A DNA stretch of 64,000 nt. It comes from Lingula anatina (Eukaryota; Animalia; Brachiopoda). A model generated the notes under the pieces. It was given only the letters and a program-made list of their open reading frames with translations, did not search any database and had not been told where the DNA came from. The position numbers were made by a program, and so were the translations under genes. The DNA is taken from NCBI GenBank assembly GCA_051362555.1, contig CM120646.1:9610001-9674000 (forward strand), read 5' to 3'. This document shows positions 22,053-36,955 of the stretch, one piece after another (the first letter of the stretch is position 1; the number at the start of each line of letters is the position of its first letter).

Positions 22053-25000
22053 TATCAAAATTATTGTTCAACTATTTAAGTGTGGGAAATTTGTCAGTTT
22101 TTAGAATTTAGTTTTCACTTTTATCAAACATAGTGTTCTTTTTCCAGGTGACCTTTTCCATACAGCGTGATGGCTTTTTTGGTGAACTGATTCTTCCTGT
22201 CTGGTCAAGGCTAATTCCTATAGAAAAAACAGACAGCAAAAGACAACAGCAAGAGCAATGCTATGTCTCATCCATGTGTACAATATATGGTGTATGGCAA
22301 GTTTTAGGACATTGTCAAATGGTGTGCTAAACCTCAATTCCAGAAACCGATTGTAAGGAGGAATCTGCATCTGGTATTGGTAGTAAGGAGATGTCTTAAA
22401 TGGGTATATATTCTTTTCCAGAGGAAAATTATGGGTAATTTGTCACCTCTTACACAAACAAACTCAAATCATAATATTTGATGTTTAATGTGAGTCTAAT
22501 TAGATGTTGTGAAATTGAAAAAAAAATATTGTAGATAATTCTCACTCTTCGATACAAAATGTCAAACAACTACAATTCTAACACACACTGTCAACTGTTA
22601 AACTTATCACAGATTTTTGTTATTGTTAAGCATCATCTCTCCAAATTTCACAAATATTGAACAAGTTTTGTGAAAATTATTAACGTTTAACTATTTTAAG
22701 GCACCGCCTTTTGCAGTCTTTTCAGTGTTATTTTCAATTTTCTCAAATTTATTGTCCAAAAAAATCTTTTTAATGAGACACAGTCAACTGATGAGCTTAT
22801 CACAGATTTTTATTGTTGTTATGCATCATCTGTCCAAATTTCACAAATATTAGACAAGATTTGTGAAAATTATTAACGTTTAACTATTTTAGTGCACCAC
22901 ATTTTGCAGCTTATCACAGATTTTTATTGTTATTATGCATCATCTATCCAAATTTCACAAATATTAGACAAGATTTGTGAAAATTATTAAGGTTTAACTA
23001 TTTTAAGCCATGGAATTTTGCAGTCTTTGCAATGTCATTTTCAGTTTTTTCACATTTATATGCTCTGAACATTCCTTTTCATGAGACACATTCAACTGAT
23101 GAGCTTATCACAGATTTTTATTATAGTTAAGCATCATCTGTCCAAATTCCACAAATATTGGACAAGCTTTGTGAAAATTATTAACATTTAACTATTTTAA
23201 GGCACCGCATTTGGCAGTCTTTTCAATGTCATTTTCAGTATTTCTCAAATTTATATGTTCTGAAAATATCCTTTTTATTTGATGTAGTCAACTGTTTAGG
23301 TTAAGTTTATCAAAATTTTTGTTCAACTATTTAAGTGTGGGAAATTTGTCAGTTTTTAGAATTTAGTTTTCACTTTTATCAAACATATTGTTCTTTTTCC
23401 AGGTGACCTTTTCCATACAGCGTGATGGCTTTTTTGGTGAACTGATTCTTCCTGTCTGGTCAAGGCTAATTCCTATAGAAAAAACAGACAGCAAAAGACA
23501 ACAGCAAGAGCAATGCTATGTCTCATCCATGTGTACAATATATGGTGTATGGCAAGTTTTAGGACATTGTCAAATGGTGTGTTAAACCTCAATTCCAGAA
23601 ACCGATTGTAAGGAGGAATCTGCATCTGGTATTGGTAGTAAGGAGATGTCTTAAATGGGTATATATTCTTTTCCAGAGGAAAATTATGGGTAATTTGTCA
23701 CCTCTTACACAAACAAACTCAAATCATAATATTTGATGTTTAATGTGAGTCTAATTACATGTTGTGAAATTGAAAAAAAATATTTTAGATAATTCTCACT
23801 CTTCGCATACAAAATGTCAAACAACTACAATTCTGTCACACACTGTCAACTGTTAAACTTATCACAGATTTTTGTTATTGTTAAGCATCATCTCTCCAAA
23901 TTTCACAAATATTGAACTTGTTTTCTGAAAATTATTAACGTTTAACTATTTTAAGGCACCGCCTTTTGCAGTCTTCTCAGTGTCATTTTCAGTTTTCTCA
24001 AATTTATTGTCCAAAAAAATCTTTTTAATGAGACACAGTCAACTGATGAGCTTATCACAGATTTTTATTGTTGTTATGCATCATCTGTCCAAATTTCACA
24101 AATATTAGACAAGATTTGTGAAAATTATTAACGTTTAACTATTTTAGTGCACCACATTTTGCAGCTTATCACAGATTTTTATTGTTATTATGCATCATCT
24201 ATCCAAATTTCACAAATATTAGACAAGATTTGTGAAAATTATTAAGGTTTAACTATTTTAAGCCATGGAATTTTGCAGTCTTTGCAATGTCATTTTCAGT
24301 TTTTTCACATTTATATGCTCTGAACATTCCTTTTCATGAGACACATTCAACTGATGAGCTTATCACAGATTTTTATTATAGTTAAGCATCATCTGTCCAA
24401 ATTCCACAAATATTGGACAAGCTTTGTGAAAATTATTAACATTTAACTATTTTAAGGCACCGCATTTGGCAGTCTTTTCAATGTCATTTTCAGTATTTCT
24501 CAAATTTATATGTTCTGAAAATATCCTTTTTATTTGATGTAGTCAACTGTTTAGGTTAAGTTTATCAAAATTTTTGTTCAACTATTTAAGTGTGGGAAAT
24601 TTGTCAGTTTTTAGAATTTAGTTTTCACTTTTATCAAACATATTGTTCTTTTTCCAGGTGACCTTTTCCATACAGCGTGATGGCTTTTTTGGTGAACTGA
24701 TTCTTCCTGTCTGGTCAAGGCTAATTCCTATAAAAAAACAGACAGCAAAAGACAACAGCAAGAGCAATGCTATGTCTCATCCATGTGTACAATATATGGT
24801 GTATGGCAAGTTTTAGGACATTGTCAAATGGTGTGCTAAACCTCAATTCCAGAAACCGATTGTAAGGAGGAATCTGCATCTGGTATTGGTAGTAAGGAGA
24901 TGTCTTAAATGGGTATATATTCTTTTCCAGAGGAAAATTATGGGTAATTTGTCACCTCTTACACAAACAAACTCAAATCATAATATTTGATGTTTAATGT

Positions 25001-27597
25001 GAGTCTACTTAGATGTTGTGAAATTGAAAAAAAAAATATTGTAGATAATTCTCACTCTTCGCATACAAAATGTCAAACAACTACAATTCTAACACACACT
25101 GTCAACTGTTAAACTTATCACAGATTTTTATTATTGTTAAGCATCATCTCTCCAAATTTCACAAATATTGAACAAGTTTTGTGAAAATTATTAACGTTTA
25201 ACTATTTTAAGGCACCGCCTTTTGTAGTCTTCTCAGTGTTATTTTCAATTTTCTCAAATTTATTGTCCAAAAAAATCTTTTTAATGAGACACAGTCAACT
25301 GATGAGCTTATCACAGATTTTTATTGTTGTTATGCATTATCTATCCAAATTTCACAAATATTAGACAAGATTTGTGAAAATTATTAACGTTTAACTATTT
25401 TAAGCCATGGAATTTTGCAGTCTTTGTAATGTCATTTTCAGTTTTTTCACATTTATATGCTCTGAAAATTCTTTTTCATGAGACACATTCAACTGATGAG
25501 CTTATCACAGATTTTAATTATTGTTAAGCATCATCTCTCCAAATTCCACAAATATTGGACAAGATTTGTGAAAAATATTTATGTTTAACTATTTTATACC
25601 ATGGAATTTGGCAGTCTTTTCAGTGTCATTTTCAGTTTTGTCACATTTATATGCTCTGAAAATTCTTTTTCATGAGACACATTCAACGGATGAGCTTATC
25701 ACAGATTTTTATTATTGTTATGCATCATCTGTCCAAATTTCACAAATATTGAACAAGATTTGTGAAAATTATTAATGTTTAACTATTTTAAGGCACCACA
25801 TTTTGCAGTCTTTTCAATGTCATTTTCAGTTTTCTCAATTTTATTGTCCAAAAAAACTTTTTCATGAGACACGGTTAACTGATGGGCTTATCACAGATTT
25901 TTATTGTTATTATGCATCATCTATCCAAATTTCACAAATATTAGACAAGATTTGTGAAAATTATTAACATTTAACTATTTTAAGCCATGGAATGTGGCAG
26001 TCGTTTCAGTGTTATTTTCAGGTTTCTCAAATTTATTGTCCAAAAAAAAAACTTTTTCATGAGACACAGTCAACTGATGAGCTTATCATAGATTTTTATT
26101 GTTATTATGCATCATGTATCCAAATTTCACAAATATTAGACAAGATTTGTGAAAATTATTAACGTTTAACTATTTTAAGCCATGGAATTTGGCAGTCGTT
26201 TCAGTGTTATTTTCAGTTTTCTCAAATTTATTGTCCAAAAAAAAAAACTTTTTCATGAGACACAGTCAACTGATGAGCTTATCACAGATTTTTATTGTTG
26301 TTATGCATCATTTATCCAAATTTCACAAATATTAGACAAGATTTGTGAAAATTATTAAAATTTAACTATTTTAAGGCACCGCATTTGGCAGTCTTTTCAA
26401 TGTCATTTTAAGTATTTCTCAAATTTATATGTTCTGAAAATATCCTTTTTATTTGACATAGTCAACTGTTTAGGTTAAGTTTATCAAAATTATTGTTCAA
26501 CTATTTAAGTGTGGGAAATTTGTTAATTTTTAGAATTTAATTTTCACTTTTATCAAACATATTGTTCTTTTTCCAGGTGACCTTTTCCATACAGCATGAT
26601 CTCTTTTTTGGTGAACTGATTCTTCCTGTCTGGTCAGGGCTAATTCCTATAGAAAAAACAGACAGTGAAAGGCAATAGCAAGAGCAATGCTATGTCTCAT
26701 CCATGTGTACAATAGATGGCATATGGCAAGTTTAAGGACATTGTCAAATGGTGTGCTAAACCCTATTCCAGAAACCGATTGTAAGGAGGAATCTGCATCT
26801 GGTATTGGTAGTAAGGAGATGTCTTAAATGGGTATATATTCTTTTCCAGAGGCAAATTATGGGTAATTTGTCACCTCTTACACAAACAAACTCAAATCAT
26901 AATATTTGATGTTTAATGTGAGTCTAATTACATGTTGTGAAATTGAAAAAAAAAATGTAGATAATTCTCACTCTTCGCATACAAAATGTCAAACAACTAC
27001 AATTCTATCACATACTGTCAACTGTTAAGCTTATCACAGATTTTTGTTATTGCTAAGCATCATCTGTCCAAATTTCACAAATATTGAACAAGTTTTGTGA
27101 AAATAATTAACCTTTAACTATTTTAAGGCACCGCCTTTTGCAGTCTTCTCAGTGTTATTTTTAATTTTCTCAAATTTATTGTCCAAAAAAATCTTTTTAA
27201 TGAGACACAGTTAACTGATGAGCTTATCACAGATTTTTATTGTTGTTATGCATCATCTATCCAAATTTCACAAATATTAGACAAGATTTGTGAAAATTAT
27301 TAAGGTTTAACTATTTTAAGCCATGGAATTTTGCAGTCTTTGCAATGTCATTTTCAGTTTTTTCACATTTATATGCTCTGAAAATTCTTTTTCATGAGAC
27401 ACATTCAACTGATGAGCTTATCACAGATTTTTATTATAGTTAAGCATCATCTGTCCAAATTCCACAAATATTGGACAAGCTTTGTGAAAATTATTAACAT
27501 TTAACTATTTTAAGGCACCGCATTTGGCAGTCTTTTCAATGTCGTTTTCAGTATTTCTCAAATTTATATGTTCTGAAAATATCCTTTTTATTAGACA

Positions 27598-28160
27598 TAG
27601 TCAACTGTTTAGGTTAAGTTTATCAAAATTATTGTTCAACTATTTTAGTGTGGGAAATTTGTCAGTTTTTAGAATTTAGTTTTCACTTTTATCAAACATA
27701 TTGTTCTTTTTCCAGGTGACCTTTTCCATACAGCGTGATGGCTTTTTTGGTGAACTGATTCTTCCTGTCTGGTCAGGGCTAATTCCTATAGAAAAAACAG
27801 ACAGCAAAAGACAACAGCAAGAGCAATGCTATGTCTCATCCATGTGTACAATATATGGTGTATGGCAAGTTTTAGGACATTGTCAAATGGTGTGCTAAAC
27901 CTCAATTCCAGAAACCGATTGTAAGGAGGAATCTGCATCTGGTATTGGTAGTAAGGAGATGTCTTAAATGGGTATATATTCTTTTCCAGAGGAAAATTAT
28001 GTTTAATTTGTCACCTCTTACACAAACAAACTCAAATCATAATATTTGATGTTTAATGTGAGTCTAATTAGATGTTATGAAATTGAAAAAAAAAAATTTT
28101 AGATAATTCTCACTCTTCGCATACAAAATGTCAAACAACTACAATTCTGTCACACACTGT
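27598..28160. repeat. Representative ~560-bp core segment of the array
   Basis: Runs from TAGTCAACTGTTTAGG, where the last monomer diverges, to CACACTGTCAACTG, where the next monomer starts. Includes a ~270-bp less AT-rich centre that produces the recurring 65-aa pseudo-ORF. Confidence 0.9.
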
Positions 28161-31100
28161 CAACTGTTAAACTTATCACAGATTTTTGTTATTGTTAAGC
28201 ATCATCTCTCCAAATTTCACAAATATTGAACTTGTTTTCTGAAAATTATTAACGTTTAACTATTTTAAGCCATGGAATTTGGCAGTCGTTTCAGTGTTAT
28301 TTTCAGTTTTCTCAAATTTATTGTCCAAAAAAAAACAAACTTTTTCATGAGACACAGTCAACGGATGAGCTTATCACAGATTTTTATTGTTGTTATGCAT
28401 CATTTATCCAAATTTCACAAATATTAGACAAGATTTGTGAAAATTATTAACGTTTAACTATTTTAGTGCACCACATATTGCAGCTTATCACAGATTTTTA
28501 TTGTTATTATGCATCATCTATCCAAATTTCACAAATATTAGACAAGATTTGTGAAAATTATTAACGTTTAACTATTTTAAGCCATGGAATTTTGCAGTCT
28601 TTGCAATGTCATTTTCAGTTTTTGCACATTTATATGCTCTGAACATTCTTTTTCATGAGACACATTCAACTGATGAGCTTATCACAGATTTTTATTATAG
28701 TTAAGCATCATCTGTCCAAATTCCACAAATATTCGACAAGCTTTGTGAAAATTATTAACATTTAACTATTTTAAGGCACCGCATTTGGCAGTCTTTTCAA
28801 TGTCATTTTCAGTATTTCTCAAATTTATATGTTCTGAAAATATCCTTTTTATTAGACATAGTCAACTGTTTAGGTTAAGTTTATCAAAATTATTGTTCAA
28901 CTATTTGAGTGTGGGAAATTTGTCAATTTTTAGAATTTAGTTTTCACTTTTATCAAACATAGTGTTCTTTTTCCAGATGACCTTTTCCATACAGCGTGAT
29001 GGCTTTTTTGGTGAACTGATTCTTCCTGTCTGGTCAGGGCTAATTCCTATAGAAAAAACAGACAGCAAACAACAACAGCAAGAGCAATGCTATGTCTCAT
29101 CCATGTGTACAATAGATGGCATATGGCAAGTTTTAGGACATTGTCAAATGGTGTGCTCAACCTCAATTCCAGAAACCGATTGTAAGGAGGAATCTGCATC
29201 TGGTATTGGTAGTAAGGAGATGTCTTAAATGGGTATATATTCTTTTCCAGAGGAAAATTATGGGTAATTTGTCACCTCTTACACAAACAAACTCAAATCA
29301 TAATATTTAATGTTTAATGTGAGTCTACTTAGATGTTGTGAAATTGAAAAAAAAAATATTGTAGATATTTCTCACTCTTCGCATACAAAATGTCAAACAA
29401 CTACAATTCTGTCAAACACTGTCAACTGTTATGCTTATCACAGATTTTTGTTATTGCTAAGCATCATCTCTTCAAATTTCACAAATATTGAACAAGTTTT
29501 GTGAAAATTATTGACGTTTAACGTCGTTTTCAGTTTTCTCACATTTATATGCTCTGAAAAATGTTTTTCATGAGACACATTCAACTGATGAGCTTATCAC
29601 AGATTTTTATTATTGTTATGCATCATCTGTCCAAATTTCACAAATATTGAACAAGATTTGTGAAAATTATTAACGTTTAACTATTTTAAGGCACCACATT
29701 TTGCAGTCTTTTCAATGTCATTTTCAGTTTTCTCAATTTTATTGTCCAAAAAAACTTTTTCATGAGACACAGTCAACTGATGGGCTTATCACAGATTTTT
29801 ATTGTTATTATGGATCATCTATCCAAATTTCACAAATATTAGACAAGATTTGTGAAAATTATTAACGTTTAACTATTTTAAGCCATGGAATTTGGCAGTC
29901 GTTTCAGTGTTATTTTCAGTTTTCTCAAATTAATTGTCCAAAAAAAAAAAAAACTTTTTCATGAGACACAGTCAACTGATGAGCTTATCACAGATTTTTA
30001 TTGTTGTTATGCATCATCTATCCAAATTTCACAAATATTAGACAAGATTTGTAAAAATTATTAACGTTAAACTATTTTAAGCCATGGAATGTGGCAGTCG
30101 TTTCAGTGTTATTTTCAGTTTTCTCAAATTTATTGTCCAAAAAAAAAACTTTTTCATGAGACACAGTCAACTGATGAGCTTATCATAGATTTTTATTGTT
30201 ATTATGCATCATCTATCCAAATTTCACAAATATTAGACAAGATTTGTGAAAATTATTAACGTTTAACTATTTTAAGCCATGGAATTTTGCAGTCTTTGCA
30301 ATGTCATTTTCAGTTTTTGCACATTTATATGCTCTGAACATTCTTTTTCATGAGACACATTCAACTGATGAGCTTATCACAGATTTTTATTATAGTTAAG
30401 CATCATCTGTCGAAATTCCACAAATATTGGACAAGCTTTGTGAAAATTATTAACATTTAACTATTTTAAGGCACCGCATTTGGCAGTCTTTTCAATGTCA
30501 TTTTCAGTATTTCTCAAATTTATATGTTCTGAAAATATCCTTTTTATTAGACATAGTCAACTGTTTAGGTTAAGTTTATCAAAATTATTGTTCAACTATT
30601 TGAGTGTGGGAAATTTGTCAATTTTTAGAATTTAGTTTTCACTTTTATCAAACATATTGTTCTTTTTCCAGGTGACCTTTTCCATACAGCGTGATGGCTT
30701 TTTTGGTGAACTGATTCTTCCTGTCTGGTCAGGGCTAATTCCTATAGAAAAAACAGACAGCAAAAGACAACAGCAAGAGCAATGCTATGTCTCATCCATG
30801 TGTACAATATATGGTGTATGGCAAGTTTTAGGACATTGTCAAATGGTGTGTTAAACCTCAATTCCAGAAACCGATTGTAAGGAGGAATCTGCATCTGGTA
30901 TTGGTAGTAAGGAGATGTCTTAAATGGGTATATATTCTTTTCCAGAGGCAAATTATGGGTAATTTGTCACCTCTTACACAAACAAACTCAAATCATAATA
31001 TTTGATGTTTAATGTGAGTCTAATTAGATGTTGTTAAATTGAAAAAAAAAGTAGATAATTCTCACTCTTCGCATACAAAATGTCAAACAACTACAATTCT

Positions 31101-34100
31101 ATCACATACTGTCAACTGTTAAGCTTATCACAGATTTTTGTTATTGCTAAGCATCATCTCTCCAAATTTCACAAATATTGAACAAGTTTTGTGAAAATTA
31201 TTAATGTTTAACTATTTTAAGGCACCGCCTTTTGCAGTCTTCTCAGTGTTATTTTTAATTTTCTCAAATTTATTGTCCAAAAAAATCTTTTTAATGAGAC
31301 ACAGTCAACTGATGAGCTTATCACAGATTTTTATTGTTGTTATGCATCATCTATCCAAATTTCACAAATATTAGACAAGGTTTGTGAAAATTATTAACGT
31401 TTAACTATTTTAAGCCATGGAATTTTGCAGTCTTTGCAATGTCATTTTCAGTTTTTTCACATTTATATGCTCTGAAAATTCTTTTTCATGAGACACATTC
31501 AACTGATGAGCTTATCACAGATTTTTATTATAGTTAAGCATAATCTCTCCAAATTCCACAAATATTGGACAAGCTTTGTGAAAATTATTAACATTAAATA
31601 TTTTAAGGCACCGCATTTGGCAGTCTTTTCAATGTCATTTTCAGTATTTCTCAAATTTATATGTTCTGAAAATATCCTTTTTATTAGACATAGTCAACTG
31701 TTTAGGTTAAGTTTATCAAAATTATTGTTCAACTATTTTAGTGTGGGAAATTTGTCAATTTTTAGAATTTAGTTTTCACTTTTATCAAACATATTGTTCT
31801 TTTTCCAGGTGACCTTTTCCATACAGCATGATGGCTTTTTTGGTGAACTGATTCTTCCTGTCTGGTCAAGGCTAATTCCTATAGAAAAAACAGACAGCAA
31901 AAGACAACAGCAAGAGCAATGCTATGTCTCATCCATGTGTACAATATATGGTGTATGGCAAGTTTTAGGACATTGTCAAATGGTGTGCTAAACCTCAATT
32001 CCAGAAACCGATTGTAAGGAGGAATCTGCATCTGGTATTGGTAGTAAGGAGATGTCTTAAATGGGTATATATTCTTTTCCAGAGGAAAATTATGGGTAAT
32101 TTGTCACCTCTTACACAAACAAACTCAAATCATAATATTTGATGTTTAATGTGAGTCTAATTAGATGTTATGAAATTGAAAAAAAAATATTTTAGATAAT
32201 TCTCACTCTTCGCATACAAAATGTCAAACAACTACAATTCTGTCACACACTGTCAACTGTTAAACTTATCACAGATTTTTGTTATTGTTAAGCATCATCT
32301 CTCCAAATTTCACAAATATTGAACTTGTTTTCTGAAAATTATTAACGTTTAACTATTTTAAGCCATGGAATTTGGCAGTCGTTTCAGTGTTATTTTCAGT
32401 TTTCTCAAATTTATTGTCCAAAAAAAAAAAAAAAACTTTTTCATGAGACACAGTCAACGGATGAGCTTATCACAGATTTTTATTGTTGTTATGCATCATT
32501 TATCCAAATTTCACAAATATTAGACAAGATTTGTGAAAATTATTAACGTTTAACTATTTTAGTGCACCACATATTGCAGCTTATCACAGATTTTTATTGT
32601 TATTATGCATCATCTATCCAAATTTCACAAATATTAGACAAGATTTGTGAAAATTATTAACGTTTAACTATTTTAAGCCATGGAATTTTGCAGTCTTTGC
32701 AATGTCATTTTCAGTTTTTGCACATTTATATGCTCTGAACATTCTTTTTCATGAGACACATTCAACTGATGAGCTTATCACAGATTTTTATTATAGTTAA
32801 GCATCATCTGTCCAAATTCCACAAATATTCGACAAGCTTTGTGAAAATTATTAACATTTAACTATTTTAAGGCACCGCATTTGGCAGTCTTTTCAATGTC
32901 ATTTTCAGTATTTCTCAAATTTATATGTTCTGAAAATATCCTTTTTATTAGACATAGTCAACTGTTTAGGTTAAGTTTATCAAAATTATTGTTCAACTAT
33001 TTGAGTGTGGGAAATTTGTCAATTTTTAGAATTTAGTTTTCACTTTTATCAAACATAGTGTTCTTTTTCCAGATGACCTTTTCCATACAGCGTGATGGCT
33101 TTTTTGGTGAACTGATTCTTCCTGTCTGGTCAGGGCTAATTCCTATAGAAAAAACAGACAGCAAACAACAACAGCAAGAGCAATGCTATGTCTCATCCAT
33201 GTGTACAATAGATGGCATATGGCAAGTTTTAGGACATTGTCAAATGGTGTGCTCAACCTCAATTCCAGAAACCGATTGTAAGGAGGAATCTGCATCTGGT
33301 ATTGGTAGTAAGGAGATGTCTTAAATGGGTATATATTCTTTTCCAGAGGAAAATTATGGGTAATTTGTCACCTCTTACACAAACAAACTCAAATCATAAT
33401 ATTTAATGTTTAATGTGAGTCTACTTAGATGTTGTGAAATTGAAAAAAAAAATATTGTAGATAATTCTCACTCTTCGCATACAAAATGTCAAACAACTAC
33501 AATTCTGTCAAACACTGTCAACTGTTAAGCTTATCACAGATTTTTGTTATTGCTAAGCATCATCTCTTCAAATTTCACAAATATTGAACAAGTTTTGTGA
33601 AAATTATTAACGTTTAACGTCGTTTTCAGTTTTCTCACATTTATATGCTCTGAAAAATGTTTTTCATGAGACACAGTCAACTGATGAGCTTATCACAGAT
33701 TTTTATTATTGTTATGCATCATCTGTCCAAATTTCACAAATATTGAACAAGATTTGTGAAAATTATTAACGTTTAACTATTTTAAGGCACCACATTTTGC
33801 AGTCTTTTCAATGTCATTTTCAGTTTTCTCAATTTTATTGTCCAAAAAAACTTTTTCATGAGACACAGTCAACTGATGGGCTTATTACAGATTTTTATTG
33901 TTATTATGGATCATCTATCCAAATTTCACAAATATTAGACAAGATTTGTAAAAATTATTAACGTTTAACTATTTTAAGCCATGGAATGTGGCAGTCGTTT
34001 CAGTGTTATTTTCAGTTTTCTCAAATTTATTGTCCAAAAAAAAAAACTTTTTCATGAGACACAGTCAACTGATGAGCTTATCACAGATTTTTATTGTTGT

Positions 34101-35691
34101 TATGCATCATCTATCCAAATTTCACAAATATTAGACAAGATTTGTGAAAATTATTAACGTTTAACTATTTTAAGCCATGGAATTTTGCAGTCTTTGCAAT
34201 GTCATTTTCAGTTTTTTCACATTTATATGCTCTGAACATTCTTTTTCATGAGACACATTCAACTGATGAGCTTATCACAGATTTTTATTATAGTTAAGCA
34301 TCATCTCTCCAAATTCCACAAATATTGGACAAGCTTTGTGAAAATTATTAACATTAAATATTTTAAGGCACCGCATTTGGCAGTCTTTTCAATGTCATTT
34401 TCAGTATTTCTCAAATTTATATGTTCTGAAAATATCCTTTTTATTAGACATAGTCAACTGTTTAGGTTAAGTTTATCAAAATTATTGTTCAACTATTTGA
34501 GTGTGGGAAATTTGTCAATTTTTAGAATTTAGTTTTCACTTTTATCAAACATATTGTTCTTTTTCCAGGTGACCTTTTCCATACAGCGTGATGGCTTTTT
34601 TGGTGAACTGATTCTTCCTGTCTGGTCAGGGCTAATTCCTATAGAAAAAACAGACAGCAAAAGACAACAGCAAGAGCAATGCTATGTCTCATCCATGTGT
34701 ACAATATATGGTGTATGGCAAGTTTTAGGACATTGTCAAATGGTGTGTTAAACCTCAATTCCAGAAACCGATTGTAAGGAGGAATCTGCATCTGGTATTG
34801 GTAGTAAGGAGATGTCTTAAATGGGTATATATTCTTTTCCAGAGGCAAATTATGGGTAATTTGTCACCTCTTACACAAACAAACTCAAATCATAATATTT
34901 GATGTTTAATGTGAGTCTAATTAGATGTTGTTAAATTGAAAAAAAAAAGTAGATAATTCTCACTCTTCGCATACAAAATGTCAAACAACTACAATTCTAT
35001 CACATACTGTCAACTGTTAAGCTTATCACAGATTTTTGTTATTGCTAAGCATCATCTCTCCAAATTTCACAAATATTGAACAAGTTTTGTGAAAATTATT
35101 AATGTTTAACTATTTTAAGGCACCGCCTTTTGCAGTCTTCTCAGTGTTATTTTTAATTTTCTCAAATTTATTGTCCAAAAAAATCTTTTTAATGAGACAC
35201 AGTCAACTGATGAGGTTATCACAGATTTTTATTGTTGTTATGCATCATCTATCCAAATTTCACAAATATTAGACAAGGTTTGTGAAAATTATTAACGTTT
35301 AACTATTTTAAGCCATAGAATTTTGCAGTCTTTGCAATGTCATTTTCAGTTTTTTCACATTTATATGCTCTGAAAATTCTTTTTCATGAGACACAGTCAA
35401 CTGATGAGCTTATCACAGATTTTTATTATAGTTAAGCATAATCTCTCCAAATTCCACAAATATTGGACAAGCTTTGTGAAAATTATTAACATTAAATATT
35501 TTAAGGCACCGCATTTGGCAGTCTTTTCAATGTCATTTTCAGTATTTCTCAAATTTATATGTTCTGAAAATATCCTTTTTATTAGACATAGTCAACTGTT
35601 TAGGTTAAGTTTATCAAAATTATTGTTCAACTATTTTAGTGTGGGAAATTTGTCAATTTTTAGAATTTAGTTTTCACTTTTATCAAACATA
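27701..35691. repeat. Higher-order tandem duplication of a three-unit block (~4.1 kb and ~3.9 kb)
   Basis: Unit lengths 1261/1695/1137 then 1264/1496/1138. Cores 28962 and 33058 alone share CCAGATG, AGCAAACAAC and GTGCTCAACC, and both units carry the TTTAACGTCGTTTTC deletion junction. Confidence 0.9.
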
Positions 35692-36955
35692 TTGTTCTTT
35701 TTCCAGGTGACCTTTTCCATACAGCATGATGGCTTTTTTGGTGAACTGATTCTTCCTGTCTGGTCAAGGCTAATTCCTATAGAAAAAACAGACAGCAAAA
35801 GACAACAGCAAGAGCAATGCTATGTCTCATCCATGTGTACAATATATGGTGTATGGCAAGTTTTAGGACATTGTCAAATGGTGTGCTAAACCTCAATTCC
35901 AGAAACCGATTGTAAGGAGGAATCTGCATCTGGTATTGGTAGTAAGGAGATGTCTTAAATGGGTATATATTCTTTTCCAGAGGAAAATTATGGGTAATTT
36001 GTCACCTCTTACACAAACAAACTCAAATCATAATATTTGATGTTTAATGTGAGTCTAATTAGATGTTATGAAATTGAAAAAAAAATATTTTAGATAATTC
36101 TCACTCTTCGCATACAAAATGTCAAACAACTACAATTCTGTCACACACTGTCAACTGTTAAACTTATCACAGATTTTTGTTATTGTTAAGCATCATCTCT
36201 CCAAATTTCACAAATATTGAACTTGTTTTCTGAAAATTATTAACGTTTAACTATTTTAAGCCATGGAATTTGGCAGTCGTTTCAGTGTTATTTTCAGTTT
36301 TCTCAAATTTATTGTCCAAAAAAAAAAAAAAAACTTTTTCATGAGACACAGTCAACGGATGAGCTTATCACAGATTTTTATTGTTGTTATGCATCATTTA
36401 TCCAAATTTCACAAATATTAGACAAGATTTGTGAAAATTATTAACGTTTAACTATTTTAGTGCACCACATATTGCAGCTTATCACAGATTTTTATTGTTA
36501 TTATGCATCATCTGTCCAAATTTCACAAATATTAGACAAGATTTGTGAAAATTATTAACGTTTAACTATTTTAAGCCATGGAATTTTGCAGTCTTTGCAA
36601 TGTCATTTTCAGTTTTTGCACATTTATATGCTCTGAACATTCTTTTTCATGAGACACATTCAACTGATGAGCTTATCACAGATTTTTATTATAGTTAAGC
36701 ATCATCTGTCCAAATTCCACAAATATTCGACAAGCTTTGTGAAAATTATTAACATTTAACTATTTTAAGGCACCGCATTTGGCAGTCTTTTCAATGTCAT
36801 TTTCAGTATTTCTCAAATTTATATGTTCTGAAAATATCCTTTTTATTAGACATAGTCAACTGTTTAGGTTAAGTTTATCAAAATTATTGTTCAACTATTT
36901 GAGTGTGGGAAATTTGTCAATTTTTAGAATTTAGTTTTCACTTTTATCAAACATA

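Noticed and set aside
27598-28160. Core as a 5S rRNA, tRNA, U snRNA, histone or miR-430 repeat
   Set aside because: No recognisable sequence or fold of these genes on either strand by eye. An Rfam scan would be needed to exclude divergent RNAs.
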